Shown: piece after piece, positions 17,620-26,967 of the stretch
How the letters are laid out: every line of letters starts with the position of its first letter
Position numbering within the stretch: position 1 is the first letter of the stretch
Assembly (NCBI GenBank): GCA_937982505.1
Contig: CALJLV010000189.1
Coordinates: forward strand, 320 to 64,319
Reading direction: 5' to 3'
Source of the DNA: an uncultured Desulfobacteraceae bacterium
GTDB taxonomy: Bacteria; Desulfobacterota; Desulfobacteria; Desulfobacterales; UBA2174
DNA length: 64,000 nt
The notes under the pieces: generated by a model
What the model was told of the DNA's origin: nothing
Database searches by the model: none
Seen by the model: the letters and a program-made list of their open reading frames with translations, nothing else
Made by a program: the position numbers and the translations under genes

Positions 17620-18482
17620 AGCGCGTCCTGGACCGCTGGCCGTTCACCCCCCTGGCCCCCCGGCCCACCGGGCTGGCGCCCGCCGGAGGCCTGCCTTCCC
17701 CGCCGCAGGCGATCCTCTTCGATGTCTACGGGACCCTGCTCGTCAGCAGTGCCGGCGACATTTCGACCAATGCCGGTGTTGGCCGAAAGGCCGCGGATCC
17801 GCCCCGCCGGAGCGCCCTGGCGGAACTCGAACAAGCGCCGGCGGGGATCGCGGGGCGTCTGAAGGATCTGATCGCGGCCTGGCACGCCTCCCAGCGCAGG
17901 GCCGGCATCGACGTGCCGGAAGTGCGGATCGACCGGATCTGGATGACCCTTTTGGCCGGTCAAAGCCGGCGGCAGGCCCGCGAGGCGGCCCTGATATGGG
18001 AACTGACCGTCAACCCGGTCTGGCCCATGCCCGGGGCCTCGGCCGTCCTGGATACCGCCCGCCGGGCGGGTCTGGTTCTGGGACTGGTCTCCAACGCCCA
18101 GTTTTTTACCCCTTTGATCCTGGAACACCTTTTCAAAGGATCCCTGGAGGCACTGGGATTCGCCCCCCGCCTGCGTATTTTTTCGTATCGGCTCGGCCGG
18201 GCCAAGCCATCGCCGGTGCTCTTCACGACGGCGGCCCAGGCGCTCGCCGAACTCGGCATCCAGCCGGCCGCCACCCTCTATGTGGGCAACGACATGCTCA
18301 ACGACGTCTGGGCCGCGACCCGGGCCGGCTTCCAGACGGCACTGTTTGCCGGCGATGCCCGTTCGCTTCGCCTGCGACGCGACGACGGGCGATGCGCCGG
18401 CCTGACCCCGGATCTGGTGATCACCGACCTGACCCAACTCCCGAACCATTTTCCCGCAATCGCCGAGGACTCTGGACCATGA
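17598..18482 (+). CDS. HAD-superfamily hydrolase with a DxYGT motif I variant
   Basis: Motif I LFDVYGTLL, motif II LVSNAQ, motif III GRAKPSP, motif IV VGNDMLNDV. The start at 17598 (or 17607) overlaps the GT4 stop. The stop overlaps the next start (ATGA). Confidence 0.75.
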   Translation: MGNMDRLKRVLDRWPFTPLAPRPTGLAPAGGLPSPPQAILFDVYGTLLVSSAGDISTNAGVGRKAADPPRRSALAELEQAPAGIAGRLKDLIAAWHASQRRAGIDVPEVRIDRIWMTLLAGQSRRQAREAALIWELTVNPVWPMPGASAVLDTARRAGLVLGLVSNAQFFTPLILEHLFKGSLEALGFAPRLRIFSYRLGRAKPSPVLFTTAAQALAELGIQPAATLYVGNDMLNDVWAATRAGFQTALFAGDARSLRLRRDDGRCAGLTPDLVITDLTQLPNHFPAIAEDSGP

Positions 18483-20287
18483 CCCCTGAAGGCACCTCCC
18501 ACGCCGCAAAGTTCGTTTACCAGCCGGGACTGAACCCGGAAATCGATGCCTGGTTCACCGCCTTTTTCATCGAAAACCACCTGGACCATCTCTCCTACCC
18601 GGACCTGGCGGCCAGCCCGGAGCAGACCCGCTTCATGGTCTACACCGAGACCGAGGAGCGTTACTATCCCTGCTCGGAACGGATGTTCGCCGCCATCATG
18701 GACCGCACCCAGTCGGCCTTCCTGCAAAAGAGTTACAACGCCGTACTCCAGCGCCTTCTGGCCATGGTCGAAACCCAGATCGAAGACGAACGCGAGCGCG
18801 AGTTTCTCGACGCCTTGATCATCACCAAGTTCAAGCATGAAACCCGCGATGAAATCATGATCCCGTCACGGGTGGAAAAACGGCTGTTGAAAATCTTCAT
18901 CCGTCGCACCCAGATCGAAGACCCTTTCCGACGCGATAAGACAATCCGTAACCGGCGCGCCGCGGCGGTGCTGGCCAACCCGGCCTTTCGCGCGGCCCTG
19001 GACCATGTCGATTCCCATGAAATCGCCGCTCCCCTGGACAATCTGAGCACCATCAAGCAGATGGCCGACGCCCTGCAGCTGCGCCGTCTGCTGTGCGCCA
19101 CGGCCCAGCGCCACCTGTGGGAATCCGAGGCCGGCAACAGCTTGAACACGCCCGAGGTAGTGGCCCTGTGCCGCCGGCCCATTTCCGGAAACGGGGTGGA
19201 CGCTTTTTTCGACATGGTGGGAGTGCGCCCGGACGGACAGGCCCCCATGCCCCGGGCGGGACAAAGGATCCTCTGGCTGGCCGACGAAGCCGGCGAGATC
19301 ATGATGGACCTGGCCGTCATCCGCCACCTGGTGGCCCTGGGTCACAAGGTGATCGTGGCCTTCAAGGGCGGCCCCCTCTTCACCAAGGCCGACGTTCAAG
19401 ACACCCGTGAGGACCCGGCCCTGCGCGCCGCCCTCTCGGGCGCCTTCTTCATCGAGGACGACAAGGTGAGCAAGAACGACCTGGTACGCATGCTGCGCAG
19501 CGACTACGCCATCTTTTTCATCAGCGACGGCACCACCGAAAGTCTCAACCTGCTGCTGGTCTCGACCACCTTTGCGCGTGCTTTCAAGGAGGTCAATGCG
19601 GTGGTCTCCCGCGGAGCGGACCAGAAACGGCGCCTCTTCGAGACCCATTTCCGCTTCACCCGGGATCTGTTCAACCTCCGCGTCGGCATCGACGGCGGGC
19701 TGGTCATCGACTACAAGCCCCACCATCCGTCGGCGATCAAGTTTTCCCATGCCGATCTGGAAGCCAAGGCGCAGCGCATCATCGATCAGATGGCCGAGGC
19801 CAAACGGGAAGGCAGCACGGTGATGTTCTACAGCGGCATCATCGGTTCGATCCCCGGCAAGATCGACGTGGCCAAGCGGATCATGTCGACCTTCATCGGG
19901 TACCTGAGCGAGCAGAGCGCCCAGACCTTCATCATCAATCCCAGTGAATACTACGAGCCGGGCATGGACGCCGACGATCTGATGTACATGTGGGAAATCG
20001 TCCAGCGCAGCGGGTATATCGACATCTGGCGCTTCCAGAGCTCCGAGGACATCGCCAGGGCCTTCGCGCTGCTCGAACGCCAGATCCCCCCGGAATGGGT
20101 GGGCAAGGACGCCACCTACTCCACCGGCTGCACCAAAGAGATGAAGATCGCCCTGGACGTGCAGCACCAGAACCCGGAGATGCAGATCATCGGCCCGCCG
20201 GCGGAAAAATTCATGCGCCGCGGCGAGTACGGGGTCGGTCGCATGTACGACCGGCGCCTGGCGCCGGGCGTCCCCGGCGAGATGTGA
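18479..20287 (+). CDS. Large (~600 aa) uncharacterised protein with a possible DUF89/ARMT1-like central domain
   Basis: Good coding character. The central region ILWLADEAGEIMMDLAVIRHLVALGHKVIVAFKGGP..VVSRGADQKRR resembles the DUF89 DNAGxE..KGxxN pattern only loosely. ATG at 18479 is coupled to the HAD stop. Confidence 0.45.
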   Translation: MTPEGTSHAAKFVYQPGLNPEIDAWFTAFFIENHLDHLSYPDLAASPEQTRFMVYTETEERYYPCSERMFAAIMDRTQSAFLQKSYNAVLQRLLAMVETQIEDEREREFLDALIITKFKHETRDEIMIPSRVEKRLLKIFIRRTQIEDPFRRDKTIRNRRAAAVLANPAFRAALDHVDSHEIAAPLDNLSTIKQMADALQLRRLLCATAQRHLWESEAGNSLNTPEVVALCRRPISGNGVDAFFDMVGVRPDGQAPMPRAGQRILWLADEAGEIMMDLAVIRHLVALGHKVIVAFKGGPLFTKADVQDTREDPALRAALSGAFFIEDDKVSKNDLVRMLRSDYAIFFISDGTTESLNLLLVSTTFARAFKEVNAVVSRGADQKRRLFETHFRFTRDLFNLRVGIDGGLVIDYKPHHPSAIKFSHADLEAKAQRIIDQMAEAKREGSTVMFYSGIIGSIPGKIDVAKRIMSTFIGYLSEQSAQTFIINPSEYYEPGMDADDLMYMWEIVQRSGYIDIWRFQSSEDIARAFALLERQIPPEWVGKDATYSTGCTKEMKIALDVQHQNPEMQIIGPPAEKFMRRGEYGVGRMYDRRLAPGVPGEM

Positions 20288-20318
20288 AAGAGCGGTGCGG
20301 TTCTCGCCGTGCCGGGGC

Positions 20319-20346
20319 TTGCAAAGTCCAAAAATTTTCTTATAAT
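20319..20346 (+). promoter_or_regulatory. Sigma-70-type promoter candidate (TTGCAA-16 nt-TATAAT)
   Basis: TTGCAA at 20319-20324 and a perfect TATAAT at 20341-20346, with an A/T-rich spacer. It lies in an intergenic region upstream of the CorC-family gene. Confidence 0.6.
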
Positions 20347-20381
20347 CGGGGAGATCTATCAACCCGACGAACGCCGAATCG

Positions 20382-20564
20382 ATGCCCGAAGACAACCAAG
20401 AGCCGCCCCCTTCTCTCCCCAAAGCCCGTAAACCCTGCGCGCCGCCGCTGACCGCGGCATCCTCCGGGCTCTCGACCGCTTTGGCCGGAGCCTTCGCCTC
20501 TGCCCGTTCCGGGCTGCGCACACCGGCGCCCGGGGCCCTGATCTCAGGATCCGAGTTGAAATGA
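20382..20564 (+). CDS. Candidate Pro-rich upstream/leader ORF (60 aa) coupled to the CorC-family gene
   Basis: An ATG ORF lies wholly within the 5' leader. It contains EPPPS and other Pro codons. Its TGA overlaps the downstream ATG (ATGA at 20561-20564). I recognise no homology. Confidence 0.25.
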   Translation: MPEDNQEPPPSLPKARKPCAPPLTAASSGLSTALAGAFASARSGLRTPAPGALISGSELK

Positions 20565-21835
20565 TAACCGAGTTTCTCGTCCTCTTTGTCCTTCTGTGCC
20601 TTTCCGGATTTTTTTCATCCGCCGAAACCGCCCTCTTTTCCATCAGCCGCACCCGGGCCCGGCTCCTGGCCAAGAGCGGCCTGCACAGCGACCGGCTCAT
20701 CTGGAAGCTCAAGGAGGATCCCCACCGGCTGCTGACCACCATCCTGATCGGCAACAACCTGGTGAATATCGCCGCCTCGGCCCTGGCCACGGCCCTGGCC
20801 ATCGAAGCCTTTCCCAACTACGCCATCGGTCTGGCCACCGGGGTCATGACTTTTTTGATCCTGGTCTTCGGAGAGGTTTTCCCCAAGTCCGTGGCCACCC
20901 GCAACAACCTGATGATCGCACGCCTGGCCATCGGCCCCCTCTACTGGCTGTCGCTGATCCTCTATCCGGTAATCCTGTTTCTGAACTTCATTCCCCGCAT
21001 CTCGGGCAGGATCGACACGCCGCCCAGCGTCACGGAGGAAGAGCTCATGACCTTCGTGGAGGTGGGCGAGGAAGAGGGCAATATCCGGGAAGAGGAGCGC
21101 GAGCTGATCTCCAACATCTTCGAATTCGACGATACGGCCGCCTCGGAGATCATGACCCCCCGGGGAGACATGTTCGTGGTGGACGCCAACCGTGATCTGG
21201 ATCTGCAGGCGGTCATCGAATCCGGATTTACCCGCATTCCGGTCATCGACGGCGACATCGATCATGTCGTCGGCATCCTCAACATCAAGGACCTCTTTCG
21301 CCGGCACGTGACCCACGACGGGGTGGTGGCGGTGCGCGAAATCATGAGCGAGCCCTACTTCGTTCCGGAGAACATCAAGCTCAACATGCTCCTGCAGCAG
21401 TTTCGCGAGCGCAAGCAGCACATCGCCATCGTCATCGACGAGTACGGCGGGGTTTCGGGCCTGATCACCCTGGAAGACGCCCTCGAGGAACTGGTGGGCG
21501 ACATCACCGACGAAACCGACAAGGAAGAGCCGCACATCGTGTCGCTCCGGGACGATACCTGGATCGTGCTGGGCAAGGCGGACATCGAGGAGGTCAACGC
21601 CATGATCCCCATGCAGATCCCGGACACCCGGGACTACGACACCTTCACCGGATACGTGCTGTACCTCATCGGCCGCATGCCCGAGGAAAAGGAGACCCTG
21701 ACCCTCGGGGACTGGGCCGTGACCGTCGACGAGATGGAAGGCACCCGCATCAACCGCTACATCGTGCGCCATCAGCCCATCCCCGTCACCCCGGCCGCGA
21801 ATCTGGCCCCGGCCGGGGATGCCCCGAGCGCCTGA
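20561..21835 (+). CDS. CNNM/CorC-HlyC family transporter (DUF21 + CBS pair + CorC_HlyC domain)
   Basis: An N-terminal 4-TM DUF21 region (..SAETALFS..GNNLVNI..FGEVFPK), a CBS pair, and a C-terminal transporter-associated domain. Confidence 0.85.
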   Translation: MITEFLVLFVLLCLSGFFSSAETALFSISRTRARLLAKSGLHSDRLIWKLKEDPHRLLTTILIGNNLVNIAASALATALAIEAFPNYAIGLATGVMTFLILVFGEVFPKSVATRNNLMIARLAIGPLYWLSLILYPVILFLNFIPRISGRIDTPPSVTEEELMTFVEVGEEEGNIREEERELISNIFEFDDTAASEIMTPRGDMFVVDANRDLDLQAVIESGFTRIPVIDGDIDHVVGILNIKDLFRRHVTHDGVVAVREIMSEPYFVPENIKLNMLLQQFRERKQHIAIVIDEYGGVSGLITLEDALEELVGDITDETDKEEPHIVSLRDDTWIVLGKADIEEVNAMIPMQIPDTRDYDTFTGYVLYLIGRMPEEKETLTLGDWAVTVDEMEGTRINRYIVRHQPIPVTPAANLAPAGDAPSA

Positions 21836-21895
21836 AGCGGCCGCCGCCCGGATGGACCCGAACACCCCGGGATCAAGAACCGCGCCGGCGCGCCG

Positions 21896-22459
21896 TCAGC
21901 CTTTGACCCGTTCCACGTACTGACCCGTACGGGTGTCGATGCGGATCTTTTCGCCGGCCTCGACAAAAGGCGGGACCTGGATCACCAGGCCGGTTTCGAG
22001 GGTCGCCGGCTTGCTGTCGCCCGAGGCCGTGTCCCCCTTGACCCAGGGATCGGCCTGCTCGATGCGCAGCTCCACGAAATTGGGCAAGGTCAGACCGATG
22101 GGCCGGCCGTCAAAGAAGAGGATGTTGCAGACGGTGTTCTCCTTGAGAAGCCCCTTGGCCTCACCGACGTGGTCGGGCGCCAGAAACTCCTGCTCGTAAG
22201 AGCTGGTGTTCATGAAACAGTAGTTGGTCCCGTCAAAATAGAGATACTCCATCTCGTGTTCTTCCAGATCGGCCTTGTTGAACTTCTCACCGGAGCGGAA
22301 GGTCCGGTCGAACTGGGCGCCGGTGACCATGTTCTTCAGCTTGCACTTGTAGAGGGCCTGGCCCTTGCCGGGCTTGACGAACTCGAACTGGGTCACGATG
22401 TAGGGATCGCCATCGATCTCGATCTTCAGCCCTTTTCGTAAATCTGCGCTTTCGTACAT
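21896..22459 (-). CDS. efp: Translation elongation factor P
   Basis: MYESADLRKGLKIEIDGDPYIVTQFEFVKPGKGQA.. is full-length EF-P-like, at 187 aa. Confidence 0.95.
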   Translation of the reverse strand: MYESADLRKGLKIEIDGDPYIVTQFEFVKPGKGQALYKCKLKNMVTGAQFDRTFRSGEKFNKADLEEHEMEYLYFDGTNYCFMNTSSYEQEFLAPDHVGEAKGLLKENTVCNILFFDGRPIGLTLPNFVELRIEQADPWVKGDTASGDSKPATLETGLVIQVPPFVEAGEKIRIDTRTGQYVERVKG

Positions 22460-22504
22460 GAAACTGTGACTCCTGAATTTAAGAGGATAAAAAATGAGAA
22501 CCGG

Positions 22505-23290
22505 TCAGCGACCCGTTCCCGGTGAATCGATCCCGGCCCGGCGCACCGCCGCCAGCATGTCCCGGACCTTGCGCGGATCCTTGCGGAAGCGCACGGGACG
22601 CCCATCGGCCCCCACCGCGTTGGTTCCCGTGCAGCTGTCCACGCCCCAGGGATTGACCTGTCGCAGGGCGGCATAGGCGTTATGCGGTCCGATGCCGCCG
22701 GCCAGAATCACCGGCAGCCGGCTTTGCTCCACCAGCCGGCGGGCCATCTGCCAGTCGCAGACGTGGCCGGTGATCCCCACGAAGCCGGACACGGGCTGGT
22801 CCGCCGCTGCGCATCCGTCCCCCAGGACGGTGTCGGTGAGAAAGATGTCGCTGACCGCGGCAAAGCGCTGTGCCAGTTCCAGGCTCGGCACCTGCCGGGC
22901 CCGGCCCGGGGCCCCGATGGGGATCGAACGCATGATCCGCATGCGCGGAAAGCTCCGCCGCACCTCGATCTGCAGCGCCACCAGGGCGTCCAGGCGCTGG
23001 GGCCCCGGTTCGTCCAGGGTCAGGGCTTCGCAAAAATGCACGATGTGAGGGCGATGCCGCTCCAGGGCCTCGAGCACGGCGTCCCGCTGGCTGAAGAGGG
23101 GGATCAGGCTGCTCACGGCCCCGGCGGCCCTCACGGCGGCGATGGTCTCGGCCACCCGGGCATTGGCCGGTCCCCCATCGGGCAGAAGGACCGACCCGAT
23201 GTGATCCACTCCCAGAGCCACGAGCTGCCGGGCCTCGCACGGGTCTTGCACCTCGTAGATCTGGCAGATGTAGGGCGGCACCCGAATCAC
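22505..23290 (-). CDS. TIM-barrel protein of the phosphoribosylanthranilate isomerase (TrpF)-like family
   Basis: ICQIYEVQDPCEARQLVALGVDHIG.. and ..PVILAGGIGPHN..VDSCTG resemble TrpF-like barrels. No other trp genes are adjacent. Confidence 0.55.
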   Translation of the reverse strand: MIRVPPYICQIYEVQDPCEARQLVALGVDHIGSVLLPDGGPANARVAETIAAVRAAGAVSSLIPLFSQRDAVLEALERHRPHIVHFCEALTLDEPGPQRLDALVALQIEVRRSFPRMRIMRSIPIGAPGRARQVPSLELAQRFAAVSDIFLTDTVLGDGCAAADQPVSGFVGITGHVCDWQMARRLVEQSRLPVILAGGIGPHNAYAALRQVNPWGVDSCTGTNAVGADGRPVRFRKDPRKVRDMLAAVRRAGIDSPGTGR

Positions 23291-23432
23291 TCAAATCTTC
23301 CGCCTTATCGGTTGGTTGTCACGCCGGCAGGCGGATATTGGGGTTGACTTTTGGGCCGCTGTCTAACATATTCAGGACGTTTTCGCAAACCCCGAACAAG
23401 AAGCACCGGCCGCCGGCCCAGAGGACGGATCC

Positions 23433-24962
23433 ATGATCCTGATCATTGATTTCGGTTCCCAGTTCAACCAGCTCATCGCCCGGCGGGTCCGCGAACTGCG
23501 CGTCTACTGCCAGATCGAACCGCCGGACATCTCCATCGACCAGATTCGGCGCCTGGCCCCGCAGGGAATCATCCTTTCGGGGGGCCCGGCCAGCATCTAC
23601 GCAGCCGACAGTCCGCGCATGGATCCGGCCGTCTTCGAGCTGGGGGTGCCGGTCCTGGGAATCTGCTACGGCATGCAGTTCATGGTCGACGCCCTGGGCG
23701 GTCGGGTCGAAGGGGCCGCCAAGCGCGAATATGGACCGGCATCCCTCGAGGTGCTGCGGAGCGAAGGCCCGCTGGCCGCCGTGGCCTCCCCCACCCGATG
23801 CTGGATGAGCCATGGGGACCACATCGTCCGGATACCGGAAGGCTTCGAAATTCTGGCGAAAACCGAAAATTCACCCTTTGCCGTGATCCAGGAGCCGCAG
23901 CGCCGCCTCTACGCCCTGCAGTTTCACCCCGAGGTGGAGCACACCGCCAGGGGCCGGCAGATGCTGGCCAATTTCGTCCTGACGATCTGCGGCTGCCGGC
24001 GCCGCTGGACCATGAAATCCTTTGCCCGCGAGGCCGTGGACCGCATCCGCAACCAGGTGGGCGAGGGCCGTGTGATCCTGGGCCTCAGCGGCGGGGTCGA
24101 CTCATCGGTGACCGCTCTGCTGATTCACCAGGCGATTGGGTCCCGGCTCACCTGCATCTTCGTGGACAACGGGCTGCTGCGGCACAACGAGGCCCGGCAG
24201 CTCAAGGCGACCTTCAAGGCGCACCTGAAGATCGACACCCGCTGCGTGAACGCCGGGCGCCAGTTTCTTTCGGCCCTGGCCGGTGTGGCCGATCCCGAAC
24301 GCAAGCGCAAGATCATCGGCAAGCGCTTCATGGAGGTCTTCGAGGCCGAGGCCCGCAAGATCAGCGGGGCGCGCTTCCTGGCCCAGGGAACCCTCTATCC
24401 GGACGTCATCGAATCGCGTTCGGCCTTCGGCGGCCCCTCGGCGGTGATCAAGTCCCACCACAACGTGGGCGGCCTGCCCCGGCGCATGAAGCTCGAACTG
24501 GTGGAGCCGCTCAAGTACCTGTTCAAGGACGAAGTGCGCCGTCTGGGGCTGGCCCTGGGCCTGGACCCGGGGCTGGTCTGGCGCCAGCCCTTTCCCGGGC
24601 CGGGCCTGGCCATCCGCGTTCTGGGCGAAGTGACCCGGCCCCGATTGGAGATCCTGCGGGCCGCGGACGCCGTGCTCCTCGACGAGATCCGCCGCAGCGG
24701 CTACTACCGCAAACTCTGGCAGTCCTTCGCCGTGCTGCTGCCCATCAAGAGCGTGGGGATCATGGGCGACAGCCGCACTTATGAAAACATCCTCGCCGTC
24801 CGGGCGGTGACCAGCAAGGACGCCATGACGGCCGACTGGGCCCGGCTGCCCCACGCCCTGCTGGGGCGAATCGCCAACCGCATCATCAACGAGGTGCGCG
24901 GGGTCAACCGGGTGGTCTACGACATCAGCTCCAAGCCGCCCAGCACCATCGAATGGGAGTGA
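23433..24962 (+). CDS. guaA: GMP synthase (glutamine-hydrolysing)
   Basis: GATase domain (GICYGMQ, HPE), ATP-PPase SGGVDSSV, and a C-terminal dimerisation domain ending ..PPSTIEWE. Confidence 0.95.
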   Translation: MILIIDFGSQFNQLIARRVRELRVYCQIEPPDISIDQIRRLAPQGIILSGGPASIYAADSPRMDPAVFELGVPVLGICYGMQFMVDALGGRVEGAAKREYGPASLEVLRSEGPLAAVASPTRCWMSHGDHIVRIPEGFEILAKTENSPFAVIQEPQRRLYALQFHPEVEHTARGRQMLANFVLTICGCRRRWTMKSFAREAVDRIRNQVGEGRVILGLSGGVDSSVTALLIHQAIGSRLTCIFVDNGLLRHNEARQLKATFKAHLKIDTRCVNAGRQFLSALAGVADPERKRKIIGKRFMEVFEAEARKISGARFLAQGTLYPDVIESRSAFGGPSAVIKSHHNVGGLPRRMKLELVEPLKYLFKDEVRRLGLALGLDPGLVWRQPFPGPGLAIRVLGEVTRPRLEILRAADAVLLDEIRRSGYYRKLWQSFAVLLPIKSVGIMGDSRTYENILAVRAVTSKDAMTADWARLPHALLGRIANRIINEVRGVNRVVYDISSKPPSTIEWE

Positions 24963-25030
24963 GGGGCCGCGCAAGGGACCGATCCGCCTGACCGGATGGG
25001 CCTCCAACCGGCTGCCACAATTGATCCAAC

Positions 25031-26017
25031 GTGAACCGCGACGCCAACAAGAGCTTTACTTTCGATGCCGGCTTGCCGGAAGCGGAAACTCCCTACCGGG
25101 AGGGGCTCGCCGAGCTGCGCATCGACCGGCTGGGCCAGCGCATCACCCTCCTCAGCGTCCTGCTGCCGCTGTTGATCGTGGTGATGCTGGCCCTGGGCTA
25201 TCTGGATCTCAAGCGCCGTGTGGCCGGATTTGAGGATACCGGCGCCGCCCGGGTGGAAGATCTGTCCGAGAGCCTCGAATCGCGCTTTTCCTCCCTGTCG
25301 GTGCGGGTGGCCCAGCTCGAGGAAAGCCTATCGCGCCGCCTGGCTGATCTGGACCGGCAACTTGCGGACCTGTCCGCCCGCATCGATCCTCTGGCGGCGG
25401 ACCTCAAGCGACTCGAGGCGGTCAAGGCCGACCGGGACGCCGCCCAACAGGCCGTTGCCGCCCTCGAGCAGAAAGTCGCCCCTCTGGTCACGGAGCTGGC
25501 GGCCCAGGCGCTGGCCCTCAAGACCCTGGAGGAAAAGCTGGAAAACCGCGAAAAGGCCTTTCAGGCCGCGCTGGAGGCCGAAAGGAAGGACCGTGCCGAA
25601 ATCAAAACGGCCCTGGGCGCCATGGCGGACCGGGTGGCGGCCGTCTCCCGGGAACTGGACCGGATCGGCCCGGCACAGCGGGAGATGGACGCCCAGGCCG
25701 CCCGTCTAACCCAGCTCGAAGCCGAACAGCAAAACCTGCAGAACGCCTGGCGCCGGGAACTGGAAAGCGTCCGCGGTCTGGTCCGGGCCAGGGGCGATGC
25801 CCTGGAACAGCGCCTGGAGCGGCTCACCCAGCGGCTGGTCCAGGCCGAACGACAGGCGGCCGCCGGCGCGCCTCCCCCGGCTGCCGTACCGGCCCCTCCG
25901 GCGCCTGCAAGCGCCGGCCCCGCCCAGACCCCTTCTTCCCGACTCCCCGTGACGGCCGGTCCGCCGCTGGAGCGGGTTCCGGAACCCGGGCAGATCATCG
26001 AAAAACCGCTCCGCTGA
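25031..26017 (+). CDS. Membrane-anchored coiled-coil protein with a Pro/Ala-rich C-terminus; function unknown
   Basis: One TM helix (ITLLSVLLPLLIVVMLALGYL), then long heptad-like Leu/Glu/Ala/Arg-rich sequence. GTG start with no clear RBS. Confidence 0.55.
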   Translation: MNRDANKSFTFDAGLPEAETPYREGLAELRIDRLGQRITLLSVLLPLLIVVMLALGYLDLKRRVAGFEDTGAARVEDLSESLESRFSSLSVRVAQLEESLSRRLADLDRQLADLSARIDPLAADLKRLEAVKADRDAAQQAVAALEQKVAPLVTELAAQALALKTLEEKLENREKAFQAALEAERKDRAEIKTALGAMADRVAAVSRELDRIGPAQREMDAQAARLTQLEAEQQNLQNAWRRELESVRGLVRARGDALEQRLERLTQRLVQAERQAAAGAPPPAAVPAPPAPASAGPAQTPSSRLPVTAGPPLERVPEPGQIIEKPLR

Positions 26018-26044
26018 AGCTTTTGCCGGCGCCGGCGATCGTCT

Positions 26045-26884
26045 TCAGGCACCCGCGGATCGCTGGACCGGGGCGGCGCCGGCCGCGGCCGCCCAGTGGC
26101 GCTGCAGCCGCTCCAGGTCTTCGGGACAATCGATTTCAGGCGAATCGAACTCGGAGACCACCACCTTGATGCGGTATCCGTTTTCCAGCACCCGCAGCTG
26201 CTCGAGGTTTTCCAGGGCTTCCAGGCGGCCGCGGGGCAGGTGGCGGTAGACATCCAGAAACCGCCGGCGAAACCCGTAGACGCCCAGGTGTTTGTAGGCC
26301 GTAAAATCGGCTCCGGAACTGGCCGGCGGGCCAAACTGCAGAGCGAACTGATCCGCCCCGGCGGTGAAGCTCCAGTTCGCCTCGCGCACGAAGGGGATGG
26401 GGGCCCGGGAAAAATAGACGGCGAATCCGCGGTGGTCGAAGACCACCTTGACGTCCTTGGGATGGAAGATTTCGGCGCGGTCCTGAATCGCGAAAGCCAG
26501 GGTCGTCATTTCCAGGAGAGGATCCTGCACCAGAGGCGCCACCACCGCCTCGATGCTGCGCGGGTCCACCGCCGGCTGGTCGCCCTGGACGTTGACCACC
26601 ACATCCGCCTCGGCCAGGCCCAGGCGGTCGGCCACCTCGCAGACGCGGTCGGTGCCGCTGCGGTGACGGGCGGCGGTCATCACCGCCGCGCCGCCGAAGG
26701 CCGCCACCGCGGCTTGAATGCGCTCATCGTCGGTGGCCACCACCACCCGGTCCACCCCGGCGGCCTGGGCAACCCGTTCGTAGACGTGCTGCACGAGCGG
26801 CTTGCCCGCGAAGCGGATCAGGGGTTTGCCGGCCAGACGGGTGCTGGCATAGCGACAGGGGATCACGGCAACGATTTGTGGCAT
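26045..26884 (-). CDS. kdsB: 3-deoxy-manno-octulosonate cytidylyltransferase
   Basis: MPQIVAVIPCRYASTRLAGKPL, ATDDERI and NVQGDQP motifs. ATG at 26884 was chosen rather than the ORF start at 26920. Confidence 0.9.
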   Translation of the reverse strand: MPQIVAVIPCRYASTRLAGKPLIRFAGKPLVQHVYERVAQAAGVDRVVVATDDERIQAAVAAFGGAAVMTAARHRSGTDRVCEVADRLGLAEADVVVNVQGDQPAVDPRSIEAVVAPLVQDPLLEMTTLAFAIQDRAEIFHPKDVKVVFDHRGFAVYFSRAPIPFVREANWSFTAGADQFALQFGPPASSGADFTAYKHLGVYGFRRRFLDVYRHLPRGRLEALENLEQLRVLENGYRIKVVVSEFDSPEIDCPEDLERLQRHWAAAAGAAPVQRSAGA

Positions 26885-26967
26885 GGCACGGCCCTTTCGG
26901 GTAAAAGAGGGGGTTTCCATCGGCGCTTTGCCCGCCCATCGTCAACTTCGCAGAAAGGTCGGCCGGT

